Assembly (NCBI GenBank): GCA_031414775.1
Contig: JANOQI010000031.1
Coordinates: 95,693-159,692, forward strand
Reading direction: 5' to 3'
From: Synechococcales cyanobacterium VAR_4_metabat_354
GTDB lineage: Bacteria; Cyanobacteriota; Cyanobacteriia; Cyanobacteriales; Chamaesiphonaceae
DNA: 64,000 nucleotides
This document shows, one piece after another, positions 50,032-64,000 of this stretch. The notes below the pieces were generated by a model. It was given only the letters and a program-made list of their open reading frames with translations, searched no databases and was not told the DNA's origin. Position 1 is the first letter of the stretch. Each line of letters begins with the position of its first letter. A program made the translations under genes and the position numbers.

Positions 50032-51162
50032 ATGACCAGTAAATTCCCTTCCACTTACAAACCCAAATCCCGGGTCGATTATTTTTACGATGAACCAGGT
50101 GCAGTACCAGGCCAACTAAATCTTAGTCAAGATGCCGCTCCGGCGGAGTTGGCCGTCATTGACTATGGCCCGGACAAACTGACTGTTCATAACTCTGCTC
50201 CCACTAAAGATGCTGCCTACTACCTAGAGGATAAGTCTGTTTCCTGGCTAGATCTGCTCGGTTTAGGTAATCAGCAGACCTGGCAAGAACTCAGTCAAAC
50301 TTTCAATTTCCACCGGATGTTGGTCGAAGATGTCGTGAATATTCCCCAACGGCCTAAAATCGAGCATTATCAAGACCAGCTTCTGATAGTGTCTTGGATG
50401 GTCACTTTACCCTCTATCGGCCAGGGTTTCATCAAAGAACAGGTCAGCTTAATCCTCGGTCGTAATTACCTGTTGACAGTGCAAGAAGAACCAGATCATG
50501 ACTGTTTTCAGGGCGTGCGCGATCGAATCAACAATGGCCAAGGAGCAATTCGGCAGCATGGCGCTGACTATTTGGCCTACGCCTTACTAGATGCCATTAT
50601 CGACGGTTTTTTTCCGGTCTTGGAATACTACGGCGAACTAATCGAAGAGCTAGAAGATGAAGTCGTCACTCGTCCCAGCAAGCAGACCCTCACCAAAATC
50701 TACCAAATCCGGCGAGATCTATTGACTCTGCGGCGGGCTATTTGGCCACAGCGCGATGCGATTAACCAGCTAATCCGTGACGGCAGTGAGTTCATTAGTG
50801 ATGAAGTGAAAATCTATCTACGGGATTGTTATGATCACACCGTACAGGTGATGGATATGGTAGAAACCTATCGTGAGTTGGCTTCGGGCTTAATGGATGT
50901 CTATTTGTCATCAGTCAGCAACAAAATGAACGAAATTATGCGCTTGCTGACCGTAATATCTTCGATCTTTATCCCGTTGACCTTCATCGCTGGGGTCTAT
51001 GGGATGAATTTCAGTGCCGAGAAATCGCCGCTAAATATGCCAGAGCTAAGTTGGTACTGGGGTTATCCGGCCTGTCTAGGCTTGATGGGCACTACTGCTA
51101 CTAGTCTCGTGATTTATTTTTGGCGGCGGGGCTGGTTCGAGAATGTCTCGGGAGTCAAATAG
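50032..51162 (+). CDS. corA: Magnesium/cobalt transporter CorA
   Basis: QRPKIE, YLRDCYDH and YGMNF signature; two C-terminal TM helices. Confidence 0.96.
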   Translation: MTSKFPSTYKPKSRVDYFYDEPGAVPGQLNLSQDAAPAELAVIDYGPDKLTVHNSAPTKDAAYYLEDKSVSWLDLLGLGNQQTWQELSQTFNFHRMLVEDVVNIPQRPKIEHYQDQLLIVSWMVTLPSIGQGFIKEQVSLILGRNYLLTVQEEPDHDCFQGVRDRINNGQGAIRQHGADYLAYALLDAIIDGFFPVLEYYGELIEELEDEVVTRPSKQTLTKIYQIRRDLLTLRRAIWPQRDAINQLIRDGSEFISDEVKIYLRDCYDHTVQVMDMVETYRELASGLMDVYLSSVSNKMNEIMRLLTVISSIFIPLTFIAGVYGMNFSAEKSPLNMPELSWYWGYPACLGLMGTTATSLVIYFWRRGWFENVSGVK

Positions 51163-51266
51163 GCTCCAGCCAAAAAGTATAAACCCCGACAAGAGAATAT
51201 TGGGGAAATTCGTTACAATGTAAAGGAATATTACGAAAATTCCCCTCTACCCTTTCGGAGAAATGC

Positions 51267-52172
51267 ATGGAGCTACAAAAAATTGAGCGCTGGAGCCTGA
51301 TTGGACACTTAGTGTCCATGGCTTTCGGCCTAGCTGGGTTGCTGATTGTGCTGCCCCATGCCGAGTTAATTTTACAATTACCGCCGATCGGGCAGAGTGT
51401 ATTTCAGTTATCGATGGCCAATGGCGGTGTCATGTATATTTTGCTAGGGACGATTGCCGTGGCAATTTATGCCTATCGAATGCTAGGACTAAATCAGTTG
51501 CTGTGTTTCATGATTCCAGCAGTAGGGTTATCTTTGAGTAGCGAGTTACTGGGAACTAGCACCGGCTTGCCTTTTGGTGATTATGGCTATCTGAGCGGCT
51601 TAGGTTACAAAATCGCTGGTTTAGTGCCCTTTACGATTCCCCTCTCTTGGTTTTATTTAGGTTTTTCTTGCTACATCATTGCTCGCGCTGGTTTTGATAA
51701 TACTCAATTGCCCAATTGGTTGCGTCACGGCGGCGCGATTTTTTGTGGAGCATTATTACTCACTTCCTGGGATTTTGTTTTAGACCCAGCGATGAGCCAA
51801 ACTGCTGTGCCTTTTTGGGAATGGAAAACGCCGGGGCCGTTTTTTGGGATGCCTTACTTGAATTTTGCAGGTTGGATGGAAACTGGTGCTGTGTTTATGT
51901 CGGTGGCAGCGATGCTGTGGCCTAAAGAAAGAATTCAACTCGATCGGACACAACTACTATTACCGCTGGCCATCTATTTAGGAAACTTTGTTTTTGCTGC
52001 TGTTCTAAGCATGGCTGGCAATATCTGGATTCCAATGTTGTTAGGAATTGTGCTGGGCATTTTACCGTTGTTTTTGCTGTGGTTTGCGGCCAAGCCAGCT
52101 ACCGAAAATATTGTAGTGGCAGCGGATCTAGAGTTAGGAGCTGAACCGGAATACGCTGGTTCTGGTAACTAA
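51267..52172 (+). CDS. cruF: Gamma-carotene 1'-hydroxylase (carotenoid 1,2-hydratase)
   Basis: SMAFGLAGLL, SELLGTSTG.PFG.Y.Y..GLG, WDFVLDPAM and GMPY.NF.GW motifs. Confidence 0.9.
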   Translation: MELQKIERWSLIGHLVSMAFGLAGLLIVLPHAELILQLPPIGQSVFQLSMANGGVMYILLGTIAVAIYAYRMLGLNQLLCFMIPAVGLSLSSELLGTSTGLPFGDYGYLSGLGYKIAGLVPFTIPLSWFYLGFSCYIIARAGFDNTQLPNWLRHGGAIFCGALLLTSWDFVLDPAMSQTAVPFWEWKTPGPFFGMPYLNFAGWMETGAVFMSVAAMLWPKERIQLDRTQLLLPLAIYLGNFVFAAVLSMAGNIWIPMLLGIVLGILPLFLLWFAAKPATENIVVAADLELGAEPEYAGSGN

Positions 52173-52329
52173 TTACCAATCGATTATCTGATGCTGTTAG
52201 ACAATTTCAGAATAATTTTGCTAGAAAATATCAGCCGCACTCGGCATCAATCTTGGTATCACTTCTTTTCGCATCGGCAGTTTGCTCCGACAAAGACTAT
52301 TCTGTTAAATATAGATTTTGGAAGTGGTT

Positions 52330-52890
52330 ATGTCTCGTGTGGGTGTGAATCAAGTTAAATCACAAACGATTTTGGTGACGGGTGCGGCCAGATCCGGAAA
52401 AAGTGAATGGGCAGAAAAATTAGCGCACTCTACTGGTTTACAGGTAGTTTATATGGCTACGGCCAAGATCGATCGAACTGACCAGGAATGGCAGACACGG
52501 ATTGAGCAGCATCGCCAGCGACGGCCAGCTCAGTGGCAGACGATCGAAAGTGTGGTGAATGTGGCGCAGATTATTACGGCGGCACCAGCTACTAAATGTT
52601 TGATAGTAGATTCGTTGGGGACTTGGGTGGCGCATTTTCTGGAACAGCCAGAAGAGCAGTGGTTAATGGAGCAGCAGCAGTTTTTGGAAAGTATCAAAAA
52701 TCCGGCGGCACAGGTGATTTTAGTGGCAGAAGAGACCGGTTGGGGAGTGATTCCGGCCTACGAATTGGGGCGGTTGTTTCGCGACCGGCTCGGAAATTTG
52801 GTTAGGCAGGTAGGTTCGATCGCTCGTCCGGTGTATTTGGTGACGGGTGGTCATGTTTTAAATTTGTCGCTACTAGGACAAGTGCTTTAA
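52330..52890 (+). CDS. cobU: Adenosylcobinamide kinase/phosphate guanylyltransferase
   Basis: TGAARSGKSEWAE, RI..HR.RRP..W, DSLGTW and EETGWG..P...GR.FRD motifs. Confidence 0.95.
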   Translation: MSRVGVNQVKSQTILVTGAARSGKSEWAEKLAHSTGLQVVYMATAKIDRTDQEWQTRIEQHRQRRPAQWQTIESVVNVAQIITAAPATKCLIVDSLGTWVAHFLEQPEEQWLMEQQQFLESIKNPAAQVILVAEETGWGVIPAYELGRLFRDRLGNLVRQVGSIARPVYLVTGGHVLNLSLLGQVL

Positions 52891-52917
52891 CGCTAATTTA
52901 TTTGCCAATAAACAGGT

Positions 52918-53730
52918 TCAATGGTGGGCACACCAGTCGCTCCAGCCCCCAGGATATAGCAGTGGTTGAGGGTATCCACCAATTGCTAGCGAAAGCGCAT
53001 TCACACAAGCTGTTACCCCAGAGCCACAGTACAGAACTTTGGTTTTATCAGCTGGTAGTTGCTGCCAACGCTGCTGTTGAAACAATTCAGGTAGCAGTAA
53101 GCCGTCAGCATCAGTAACTTCTGGCCAAGGGTAATTGTATGCTCCCGAAATCCGCCCAGCATAAGGGTCAATCGGTTCTTGAATTCCGGCATATCGATCA
53201 GCCTCGCGAGAATCTATCAACACGATTGGTGAATGCTCATCACAGTCCGAGACCGCTTCGATCGATACCGTCCAATTTTGCTGGATCTGGGGTACAAAAG
53301 CGGCCGATCGACTAATTGGCTCTGCGTTCGATATAGGTAAACCAGCCTTTAACCATTGGGGATAGCCACCATCTAAAACAGCCGCCTGATCGTGTCCATA
53401 GTAGTGGAGCAACCACCATAACCGTGCGGCGAAAGCCAATCGCGAATCATCGTAAGCTACTACTAAAGTTTGGCCAAATTCGATGCCAATTTGGGCAAAT
53501 TTGGTAGCTAGAACATTAGGTTCGGGTAAAGGATGCCGACCACCATATTTTTGTACCGGTGCTGAAAGATCTTGATTTAAATCTAAATAATGAGCATCAG
53601 GAATGTGGGATTCTAAATATTTTTGTCGCCCCAAGTTTGGGTCAGCCAAAGAAAAGCGACAGTCGATCACCACTACTTCTGGATTATCGAGATTTTTAGT
53701 TAACCAATCTACCGATACAACATGTTTCAA
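52918..53730 (-). CDS. Tandem-rhodanese sulfurtransferase (SseA-like)
   Basis: GRHPLP, ARLWW, LDGG, YCGSGVTA and YPGGWSDW motifs. Confidence 0.93.
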   Translation of the reverse strand: MKHVVSVDWLTKNLDNPEVVVIDCRFSLADPNLGRQKYLESHIPDAHYLDLNQDLSAPVQKYGGRHPLPEPNVLATKFAQIGIEFGQTLVVAYDDSRLAFAARLWWLLHYYGHDQAAVLDGGYPQWLKAGLPISNAEPISRSAAFVPQIQQNWTVSIEAVSDCDEHSPIVLIDSREADRYAGIQEPIDPYAGRISGAYNYPWPEVTDADGLLLPELFQQQRWQQLPADKTKVLYCGSGVTACVNALSLAIGGYPQPLLYPGGWSDWCAHH

Positions 53731-53835
53731 TTGAGTGTCTCCACAGTGTATTCACTAAGCTGCAAGAAATCGATTAGTGGTTTTTATCATACCGTAATAA
53801 AAGTTTGGCAGTGATGTTTGCAGTACTGGTCGTTA

Positions 53836-57899
<4,064 letters not shown>

Positions 57900-57990
57900 C
57901 GGTAATTTTTGGGAGGAGCGATGGGTTGATTTTAAAAAATATTTCTAAAAGAAATTCAATAAATAATAGAAGAATAATTTATTCTTTACT

Positions 57991-58725
57991 TTATTGGTGA
58001 TCGGACTCAATTAACATTGATACTAGATCGTAAAAACTAATTTCTTCTGCCTCATGAATCTCATCAAATACCAAAATACAAAATGAAGTTACTTTACCAG
58101 TCGAATCAATAATTACTGGTTCCCATTCTGGTTCATTGCTTTTTTTGATTAACCACTCCCCATTAATGCTTAATTTGATCACCTCTCCAATGTAGGCAAT
58201 CAGTAAGCCTAACAGTTTCTTATTACTCATGTAATCTTGTTTATTTTTGCTTTTGATCTCTCGATCAATTATCAGTAGACTAATTAAAGTTTGATCAAGT
58301 TCAGCAAGATTGATTTTTAATTCTTGCGCTAGTCGAGAAATTAAATGTGGAACTTCCTGAACAAATCGATCTCGACTGGGAATTTGATTGTACAGAATAT
58401 GAACTGGGGCAAGATTGTTCAGTTCAGTTAACCCATTAAGCTCTTTTTGCCAATCATTAACAGAATCGTAAAGATTCCCATTACCATCTTTGCCAATAGC
58501 TAAAACCTTACCGTTCGTGCACTGGTAAGTTTTATCAAAAACAAACAACAAGCTGTTTGGAGTCTGAGAATTTAACGATAAATTGATAGAACAATTATTT
58601 TCTTGAATATAATTATGAACTTGTCGCTTATTAAGTTGCTGTAGTGGAATATTGCTAGCCACTAATATCCTCCTACTACATTTTCTAAACTTGATGAGTT
58701 TTGAGAGTTCTGACACTCTCCTCAA
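57991..58725 (-). CDS. AT-rich hypothetical protein (start uncertain)
   Basis: 244-codon ORF filling the chlD-glycerate kinase gap; C-terminal IAYIGEVI...GEW...WEP motif. Confidence 0.6.
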   Translation of the reverse strand: MRRVSELSKLIKFRKCSRRILVASNIPLQQLNKRQVHNYIQENNCSINLSLNSQTPNSLLFVFDKTYQCTNGKVLAIGKDGNGNLYDSVNDWQKELNGLTELNNLAPVHILYNQIPSRDRFVQEVPHLISRLAQELKINLAELDQTLISLLIIDREIKSKNKQDYMSNKKLLGLLIAYIGEVIKLSINGEWLIKKSNEPEWEPVIIDSTGKVTSFCILVFDEIHEAEEISFYDLVSMLIESDHQ

Positions 58726-58767
58726 CTTGTTCTTTTCAGCATATCAGCCCCCGCCCATCATTCCAAG

Positions 58768-59964
58768 CTAAATCCGCACCGCCATCACAACATCCGCCAC
58801 ATTAGTCCCAGTCACCCCAGTCACAATCAAATCCTGGAGTGGCTGGAAAAAATTATAACTATCATGACATTCCAAATAATCAATGGCCTCTAAGCCCTGT
58901 GCTTGGCCAAGAGAAACAGTTTGTTCATTGGCGATCGATCCCGCTGCATCACTCTGACCATCAATGCCATCGGTACCCATACTCGCAATCCAGGCTGGCT
59001 TACCCAAATCGTAGAGAGTCAGAGCCGCCGCCAGCACCAATTCTTGGTTGCGACCACCTCGGCCAGCACAATTAGGCGGCAAGGTGACAGTGGTCTCGCC
59101 GCCATAAATCAAAACTGTCCCAGACGATTCCTGGACAATGGCCTGAGCAATCTCCCGCCCCCGCTCCTGCGCCTCTCCCTGTAAAGCCGTGGTGACAATT
59201 TGAGGCACATAGCCTTGGTCACTCCAATATTTGGCCACCGCCTGGCAGGCTTGGCGATTACTGCCCACCAAAACATTTTGGGCTTGGGGATGATTGGTTA
59301 AACCGGAACCAATGGTGGCGATCGCATCTCCCACCACATCCGATAAAATTAAGCCAATCACCTGAGCGGGTTGTGCCAGCTCCACTAAACCACCGCCTTT
59401 TAACCTGTCGAAACTAGTTCGCACCTGATTCATGGTGGTGATATCCGCGCCGCTGGCCAGTAATTCTTGATATTTGAGGCGTAAGACTGCCAGGTCAATT
59501 TCGGGTAGTGGATCGACCAACAAGGCAGTCGCCCCACCGGAGATACAGGCCAAAACCAAAGTATTAGGGGTGCAGTTCGTGAGTAATTGCCTGACCTGCA
59601 TACCAGCCATCAAGCTGCCTTCATCGGGTAAAGGGTGAGCGGCTGGGATGATTTGCCAATTAGATGGCAGATCAGCTGAGGGTAGATCATTTGGTGTGAT
59701 GATCACAGCTTGGCGGGTTTTGTCTGCGGCTAATTTAGCAATGGCAGTGGCCATCGGCATTGCGGCTTTACCCACCGCGATTAGGCGGAGATCGATCGAG
59801 TTCAAATCCCAAGCTGTGGATTCAATTATTAAAGAATCGCCCTGCCGATGAACATGCTGATGAATAGCTTGCTGGGGATCGATCGCTAGTAAGGCTTGCT
59901 GTAAAGCCTCAACAACATGCTGTCTGACATAGTGACTGCATTTTACTAAATTCAATTCATTCAT
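58768..59964 (-). CDS. Glycerate kinase type 2 (DUF4147 + MOFRL)
   Basis: GKAA, HPLPD, ISGG, LSDVVGD...IGSG, GGETTV, GGRNQE, TDGIDG and TGTNVAD motifs. Confidence 0.92.
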   Translation of the reverse strand: MNELNLVKCSHYVRQHVVEALQQALLAIDPQQAIHQHVHRQGDSLIIESTAWDLNSIDLRLIAVGKAAMPMATAIAKLAADKTRQAVIITPNDLPSADLPSNWQIIPAAHPLPDEGSLMAGMQVRQLLTNCTPNTLVLACISGGATALLVDPLPEIDLAVLRLKYQELLASGADITTMNQVRTSFDRLKGGGLVELAQPAQVIGLILSDVVGDAIATIGSGLTNHPQAQNVLVGSNRQACQAVAKYWSDQGYVPQIVTTALQGEAQERGREIAQAIVQESSGTVLIYGGETTVTLPPNCAGRGGRNQELVLAAALTLYDLGKPAWIASMGTDGIDGQSDAAGSIANEQTVSLGQAQGLEAIDYLECHDSYNFFQPLQDLIVTGVTGTNVADVVMAVRI

Positions 59965-60060
59965 GATTGAGATTTTTGTTACAAGAAATCAAGCATTGTA
60001 AAATAATAAGTGCATACCAGTTTAATTTGGAAATCGACACTCCAGAAAAAGAGGTTAATA

Positions 60061-60675
60061 ATGGTTGTTGCTACATTCAAGCGTCATACACCTGCCGAGT
60101 ACTTGAAACGCGAAGAGCGGGCAGAGTTTAAAAGCGAATTGATTTTAGGAGATATCATTCCAGTGGCTGGAGCTTCCGCAAACCATAATCGAATTGCTCT
60201 TAATTTCTGCCGTCTATTCCCATTAAAGATTCAATCGCAAAGTTACGAATTTTTCATGAGTGATATGCGGCTGTGGCTACCGCTGCATGAAAGTTATACT
60301 TATCCTGATGCAATGGTGATCGCTGGGGAACCTCGGTTTACAGATAGCAAGCAAACTGCTTTAACCAATCCCTGCCTAATTGTGGAAGTTTTATCAGGTT
60401 CAACGATGGAGTATGATCGATCGGATAAATTTCGTTTATGTCGCTCTATTCCTGAATTTGAAGAATATATTTTGGTTGACCAAACTGCCTATCGAGTAGA
60501 ACAATTTACCAAGGTCGATAGTCACCAATGGTTACTGACAGAATGGATTGGTGAAGATGCTGTTTTATCTCTTAAGTCGGTGGCAGTTGAAATTTCTTTG
60601 AAAGATTTGTACAAGCGGGTTTCGTTTACTTCTTCTACTTCTTCTTCTCCAGAACTAGAGCAGGACAAGCAATAG
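60061..60675 (+). CDS. Uma2 family (PD-(D/E)XK) endonuclease-like protein
   Basis: EYL..E.....KSE, YPDAMV, P.LIVEVLS.ST..YDR..KF and EYILVDQ motifs. Confidence 0.9.
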   Translation: MVVATFKRHTPAEYLKREERAEFKSELILGDIIPVAGASANHNRIALNFCRLFPLKIQSQSYEFFMSDMRLWLPLHESYTYPDAMVIAGEPRFTDSKQTALTNPCLIVEVLSGSTMEYDRSDKFRLCRSIPEFEEYILVDQTAYRVEQFTKVDSHQWLLTEWIGEDAVLSLKSVAVEISLKDLYKRVSFTSSTSSSPELEQDKQ

Positions 60676-60693
60676 CCGCGTTTTGCTAGAGCA

Positions 60694-61446
60694 TCAAGTG
60701 AGGTTTAAACCGCCATCCGCCATCACGATTTCGCCAGTAAGGTAGCTACTCGCCACCAACATCGCCGCTACCTGGGCGATTTCAGTTGGTTGTGCTCCGC
60801 GGCCCATCGGTGAGCGCTCTTGCCAAAGTTTTCGCGCCTCTGTCCAATGCTCTGTCATCGGTGTTTCGACTAATCCTGGTGCGATCGCATTCACCCGAAT
60901 TTGCGGTGCCAGACTCACCGCCAAAAGTCGGGTCATGTGGTTCAGAGCAGCCTTGCTAGCAGCATAGGGAATTGAGGCTCCTTTGGGACGAACGCCTGCA
61001 TGGGAACTGATGTTCAGAATGCAACTGGGACAATTACTACTCGACGATTCACGCAGCGCACTTTCAGCTTCGGCAATTAGTGTCCAGGGTGCAATGACAT
61101 TGACTTCGTAAATGTCTCGCCAAATTTCGGCGGCAGCTTCCTTCAAAGAATTATGCGGAATCACTGCACTAATACCGGCATTATTCACCAATACATCCAG
61201 ACGGTTATGGTGCGACACGACTTCAGTAATCAGATGACGAACTTGCTTTTGGTCAGCTAGATCGGCCTGAGTGTAAGATGAACCAGAATGACTCTGTGCC
61301 AATGCTTGCCCCACCTCCACTGAAGATTTGGAATGAAAGGCGATGGCAAAGCCGTTCTCAAAAAGTTGTTGGGCAATTGCCATGCCGATACCGGAGGTTG
61401 AGCCAGTGATCAGGGCAACCCTTTTTTCGTTCATGCTATTTCTCAT
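60694..61446 (-). CDS. SDR family oxidoreductase
   Basis: TGSTSGIG, LVNNAG, YAASK and IRVNAIAPG motifs. Confidence 0.93.
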   Translation of the reverse strand: MRNSMNEKRVALITGSTSGIGMAIAQQLFENGFAIAFHSKSSVEVGQALAQSHSGSSYTQADLADQKQVRHLITEVVSHHNRLDVLVNNAGISAVIPHNSLKEAAAEIWRDIYEVNVIAPWTLIAEAESALRESSSSNCPSCILNISSHAGVRPKGASIPYAASKAALNHMTRLLAVSLAPQIRVNAIAPGLVETPMTEHWTEARKLWQERSPMGRGAQPTEIAQVAAMLVASSYLTGEIVMADGGLNLT

Positions 61447-61533
61447 GAGTTTCTAAACTAGCGCAGTTACAACAATTTCATTTAGGCTTGAATTGTACTC
61501 GATCGATACTCCTCTACTCTGAAGTTATTAGCG

Positions 61534-61573
61534 AAAAAAGAGCAGGTCAGCCACTTTGGACTAACCTGCTCTT
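61534..61573 (-). terminator. Intrinsic terminator of the site-2 protease gene
   Basis: AAGAGCAGGT...ACCTGCTCTT stem with an A6 tract (U-tract on the minus strand). Confidence 0.75.
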
Positions 61574-61597
61574 CAGGAAAATAATAAATACAACTAC

Positions 61598-62737
61598 TTA
61601 AACTGGTACTGTTGAACTCCGCTGTTGCACCAAGTTAACAATTGCGGCTTTCTCTAACAGACCAACTAGTGAGCCATTCTCACGAATCACATTCAGTGAA
61701 TGGAGATGATATTTCTCTAATTGCTCGATCGCTTGCATCAGTGGCTGACCAGATTCAATCGTCGTGGTTTGTTCGATCGGCTGCATCAATTCACTTACGA
61801 GTGTGCTTGACCACAACTCACTGGCCACTCTTTTCAAAGCATCCACATCAATTGTTCCAACCAGCTGACCATCTCCATCCGTAACCAAAAAACGATTCCA
61901 GTTGCTATGCTCTAGAGTCCGAAAATCCACAAAGGCACGGAGAGAAGATTGCGCTGAGACGATCGGACTATTAGCCGTCACGGCATCTGCTGCCACCAAA
62001 CCCACCAACTGGGACTGAACCCTGGCAAACTGTGCCGACTGCTGTGCATTCTGCAACAAGAACCAGCCAATCAGGGCATTCCAGAGGTTATCAAAGCTGC
62101 CAAATAGTACCAAAGGTACTACGCCAGAGGCGATCGCTAGGTAACCAAAAGCTTGACCAACCCAACTAGCGAACTTGACTCCTTGGTAAGGATTGCCAGT
62201 GACTTGCCAGACAATCGCTTTGAGGATGTTGCCACCATCTAACGGTAGGCCAGGGATGAGATTAAAGGCTCCTAGGGTCAAGTTGACAGTGGCGAGGACG
62301 GTAACAATAGCGGCCAGGGGCGCAGGCAGAATGACCAAACCATTAAAGAGTGTCAATACACCAAATAGTAGGAAGCTCACTGCTGGCCCGGCGATCGCCA
62401 CCCAAAAAGCATCAGCCGGTGTTTCCGACTCTTTCTCTAAACTGGCGACTCCCCCGAATAGGAATAAAGAGATCGATCGAACGTTAATTCCCTGACTAAT
62501 TGCCACCCAGCTATGACCCAATTCGTGGGCGAGAACAGAAGCAAAAACCAATAAACCAGTCACGAGACCCAAAACTAACGGTACCCCTGATGGTAAGCCG
62601 GGAAAAGCTGCCGCCAGACCATCGCCGTAGGTAAGAGTCACTAGACCCAGTACTAAAAACCAAGAGGGATTAACGTAAAAAGGAATTCCAAATAATGTCC
62701 CTAGGCGGATATTGCCATTCATGCAGCGACCTCTCAT
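61598..62737 (-). CDS. Site-2 protease (M50) with CBS domains
   Basis: HELGH, AGP and FNLIPGLPLDGG motifs; C-terminal CBS pair. Confidence 0.93.
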   Translation of the reverse strand: MRGRCMNGNIRLGTLFGIPFYVNPSWFLVLGLVTLTYGDGLAAAFPGLPSGVPLVLGLVTGLLVFASVLAHELGHSWVAISQGINVRSISLFLFGGVASLEKESETPADAFWVAIAGPAVSFLLFGVLTLFNGLVILPAPLAAIVTVLATVNLTLGAFNLIPGLPLDGGNILKAIVWQVTGNPYQGVKFASWVGQAFGYLAIASGVVPLVLFGSFDNLWNALIGWFLLQNAQQSAQFARVQSQLVGLVAADAVTANSPIVSAQSSLRAFVDFRTLEHSNWNRFLVTDGDGQLVGTIDVDALKRVASELWSSTLVSELMQPIEQTTTIESGQPLMQAIEQLEKYHLHSLNVIRENGSLVGLLEKAAIVNLVQQRSSTVPV

Positions 62738-62773
62738 AATCTCGGTAAAACAGTTATTACCGCTTGTTCATCT

Positions 62774-62791
62774 ATTGTAACCAAATGTTAA
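62774..62791 (-). promoter_or_regulatory. HLR1-like (RpaB) repeat overlapping a TACAAT -10
   Basis: Minus strand TTAACATT-TG-GTTACAAT upstream of the site-2 protease gene. Confidence 0.4.
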
Positions 62792-62924
62792 GAGAATTCT
62801 CATAATTCAAGAATGTGGATGACCGAACGTCCGATCGACCACAGCATTTCAAAGTACTCATCAATTACACACCGCCGTAAAGCTTTATGATGACAGTCGA
62901 AGCTTTTCCATACTTTTCTTTCCG

Positions 62925-63812
62925 ATGAATAACTTCCAGCAAGCAGCCCAAAAAGGCGACTTTTTAGTCACCGCCGAAGTCGCACCCCCCAAAGGTGCCG
63001 ATGCTAGCCACATGCTGGAAATGGCTCAAAAACTCCAAAATCGGGTTCACGCCGTCAATATTACCGATGGTAGTCGTGCCGTGATGCGGATGACCCCGCT
63101 GGTTGCTTCCGTTATTTTGCTACGCGCAGGCATTGAACCGATATATCAGCTGACCTGTCGTGATCGCAATCGAATTGGACTCCAAGCTGATTTATTGGGC
63201 GCACAAGCTCTGGGCATCAAAAATATCCTCGCCCTTACTGGCGATCCGATCAAGGCTGGCGACTACCCCACCGCCAAAGCCGTATTTGACTTAGAATCCG
63301 TCCGCCTCCTCACTTTAATCGGTCAGCTGAACAGCGGTAATGACGGCAATGGTAAACCTTTACCGGATGCTGGTACTGACTTTTTCCCTGGTGCCGCCGT
63401 CGATCCCCAATCTAAAAGTTGGTCAGGTCTTACTAGTCGGTGCGAGAAGAAAGTAGCTGCCGGGGCGCAGTTCTTTCAAAGTCAGCTCATTTCTGACTTT
63501 GATATCCTCGATAAATTCATGACCCAGATTGCTGCTCAATACCAAAAGCCAGTCTTGGCGGGCATCTTCCTCCTCAAGTCGGCTAAAAACGCCGAGTTTA
63601 TCAATCGCTATGTGCCTGGAGTAGATATTCCACAAACGACGATCGATCGATTAGCAAAGTCCAGTAATCCTTTACAAACCGGCATCGAAATCGCCGCTGA
63701 GCAAGTGAAAATTGCCAAGACTATGTGCCAGGGTGTCCATATGATGGCCGTCAAGCGCGAAGATTTGATTCCCCAAATCCTGGATTTAGCTGGCATCGAT
63801 ACGGTGAGATAG
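62925..63812 (+). CDS. metF: Methylenetetrahydrofolate reductase
   Basis: TAEVAPPKG, NITDGSRA, CRDRNRI.LQ, LTGDP and GAQFFQSQ motifs. Confidence 0.9.
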   Translation: MNNFQQAAQKGDFLVTAEVAPPKGADASHMLEMAQKLQNRVHAVNITDGSRAVMRMTPLVASVILLRAGIEPIYQLTCRDRNRIGLQADLLGAQALGIKNILALTGDPIKAGDYPTAKAVFDLESVRLLTLIGQLNSGNDGNGKPLPDAGTDFFPGAAVDPQSKSWSGLTSRCEKKVAAGAQFFQSQLISDFDILDKFMTQIAAQYQKPVLAGIFLLKSAKNAEFINRYVPGVDIPQTTIDRLAKSSNPLQTGIEIAAEQVKIAKTMCQGVHMMAVKREDLIPQILDLAGIDTVR

Positions 63813-63862
63813 AATTCCAATCTGCCTCTAGGCTTAAGCCGTAGCTATGGTGATTGTAGATA

Positions 63863-64000
63863 ACGTGAGTTCGGGATAAGGAAAGAAAAAAAGGGGCAAA
63901 ACAGATAGTCTGGAGGTACCAATCAACCAAAAATCTGGATTGCCTTATGCCTAGTTTAGAAGAACTCTTTTGTTCCGTCGATGATTTCTGTCAAATCTTT
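63863..64000 (+). mobile_element. IS982-family insertion sequence, left end (truncated by window)
   Basis: Starts ACGTGAGTTCG (IS982-like terminal repeat). ORF from ATG 63947 reads MPSLEELFCSVDDFCQIF, the typical IS982 transposase N-terminus. Confidence 0.8.

Noticed and set aside
52173..52329. Possible cobalamin riboswitch before cobU
   Set aside because: No B12-box or GGGAA/GCCCCCGC core visible.
60061..61446. Uma2 + SDR as a defence pair
   Set aside because: The genes are convergent and from unrelated families; Uma2 paralogs are abundant in cyanobacteria.

Overview
Chromosomal window from a cyanobacterium: it carries psbM, chlD, ccsA, cruF, ldpA, sigB, crr7 and hmpF, and has a very dense CGATCG/HIP1-type palindrome. 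Most of it is core housekeeping sequence: the 3' end of groEL, trpS, selO, cobO, menD, recN, uppP, purN, tilS, corA, cobU, ligA and a metF-like gene. It also holds a type IV pilus chemosensory (Hmp/Pil-Chp) locus whose CheA is split into separate Hpt and kinase-CheW-receiver genes and which has no PatA/PilG gene. The best candidate for an undescribed system is a compact three-gene island (45283-46942) with no CGATCG sites and ATGA-coupled genes. It encodes a TIGR04255-like protein, a 'NWDGY' protein and a small protein with an R-S-H pattern resembling ADP-ribosyltransferase-fold toxins, which suggests a tripartite toxin/antitoxin/chaperone-like or anti-phage module (inference). Features missing from the ORF track: psbM, a probable atpT (AtpTheta) small protein with a Fur-box-like upstream site, a 98-nt structured element in the trpS leader, a 31-codon sORF with a strong Shine-Dalgarno in the hmp locus, and the left end of an IS982-family element at the right edge. 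No rRNA, tRNA or CRISPR array was seen. All family calls are from motif recognition by eye, with no database searches.
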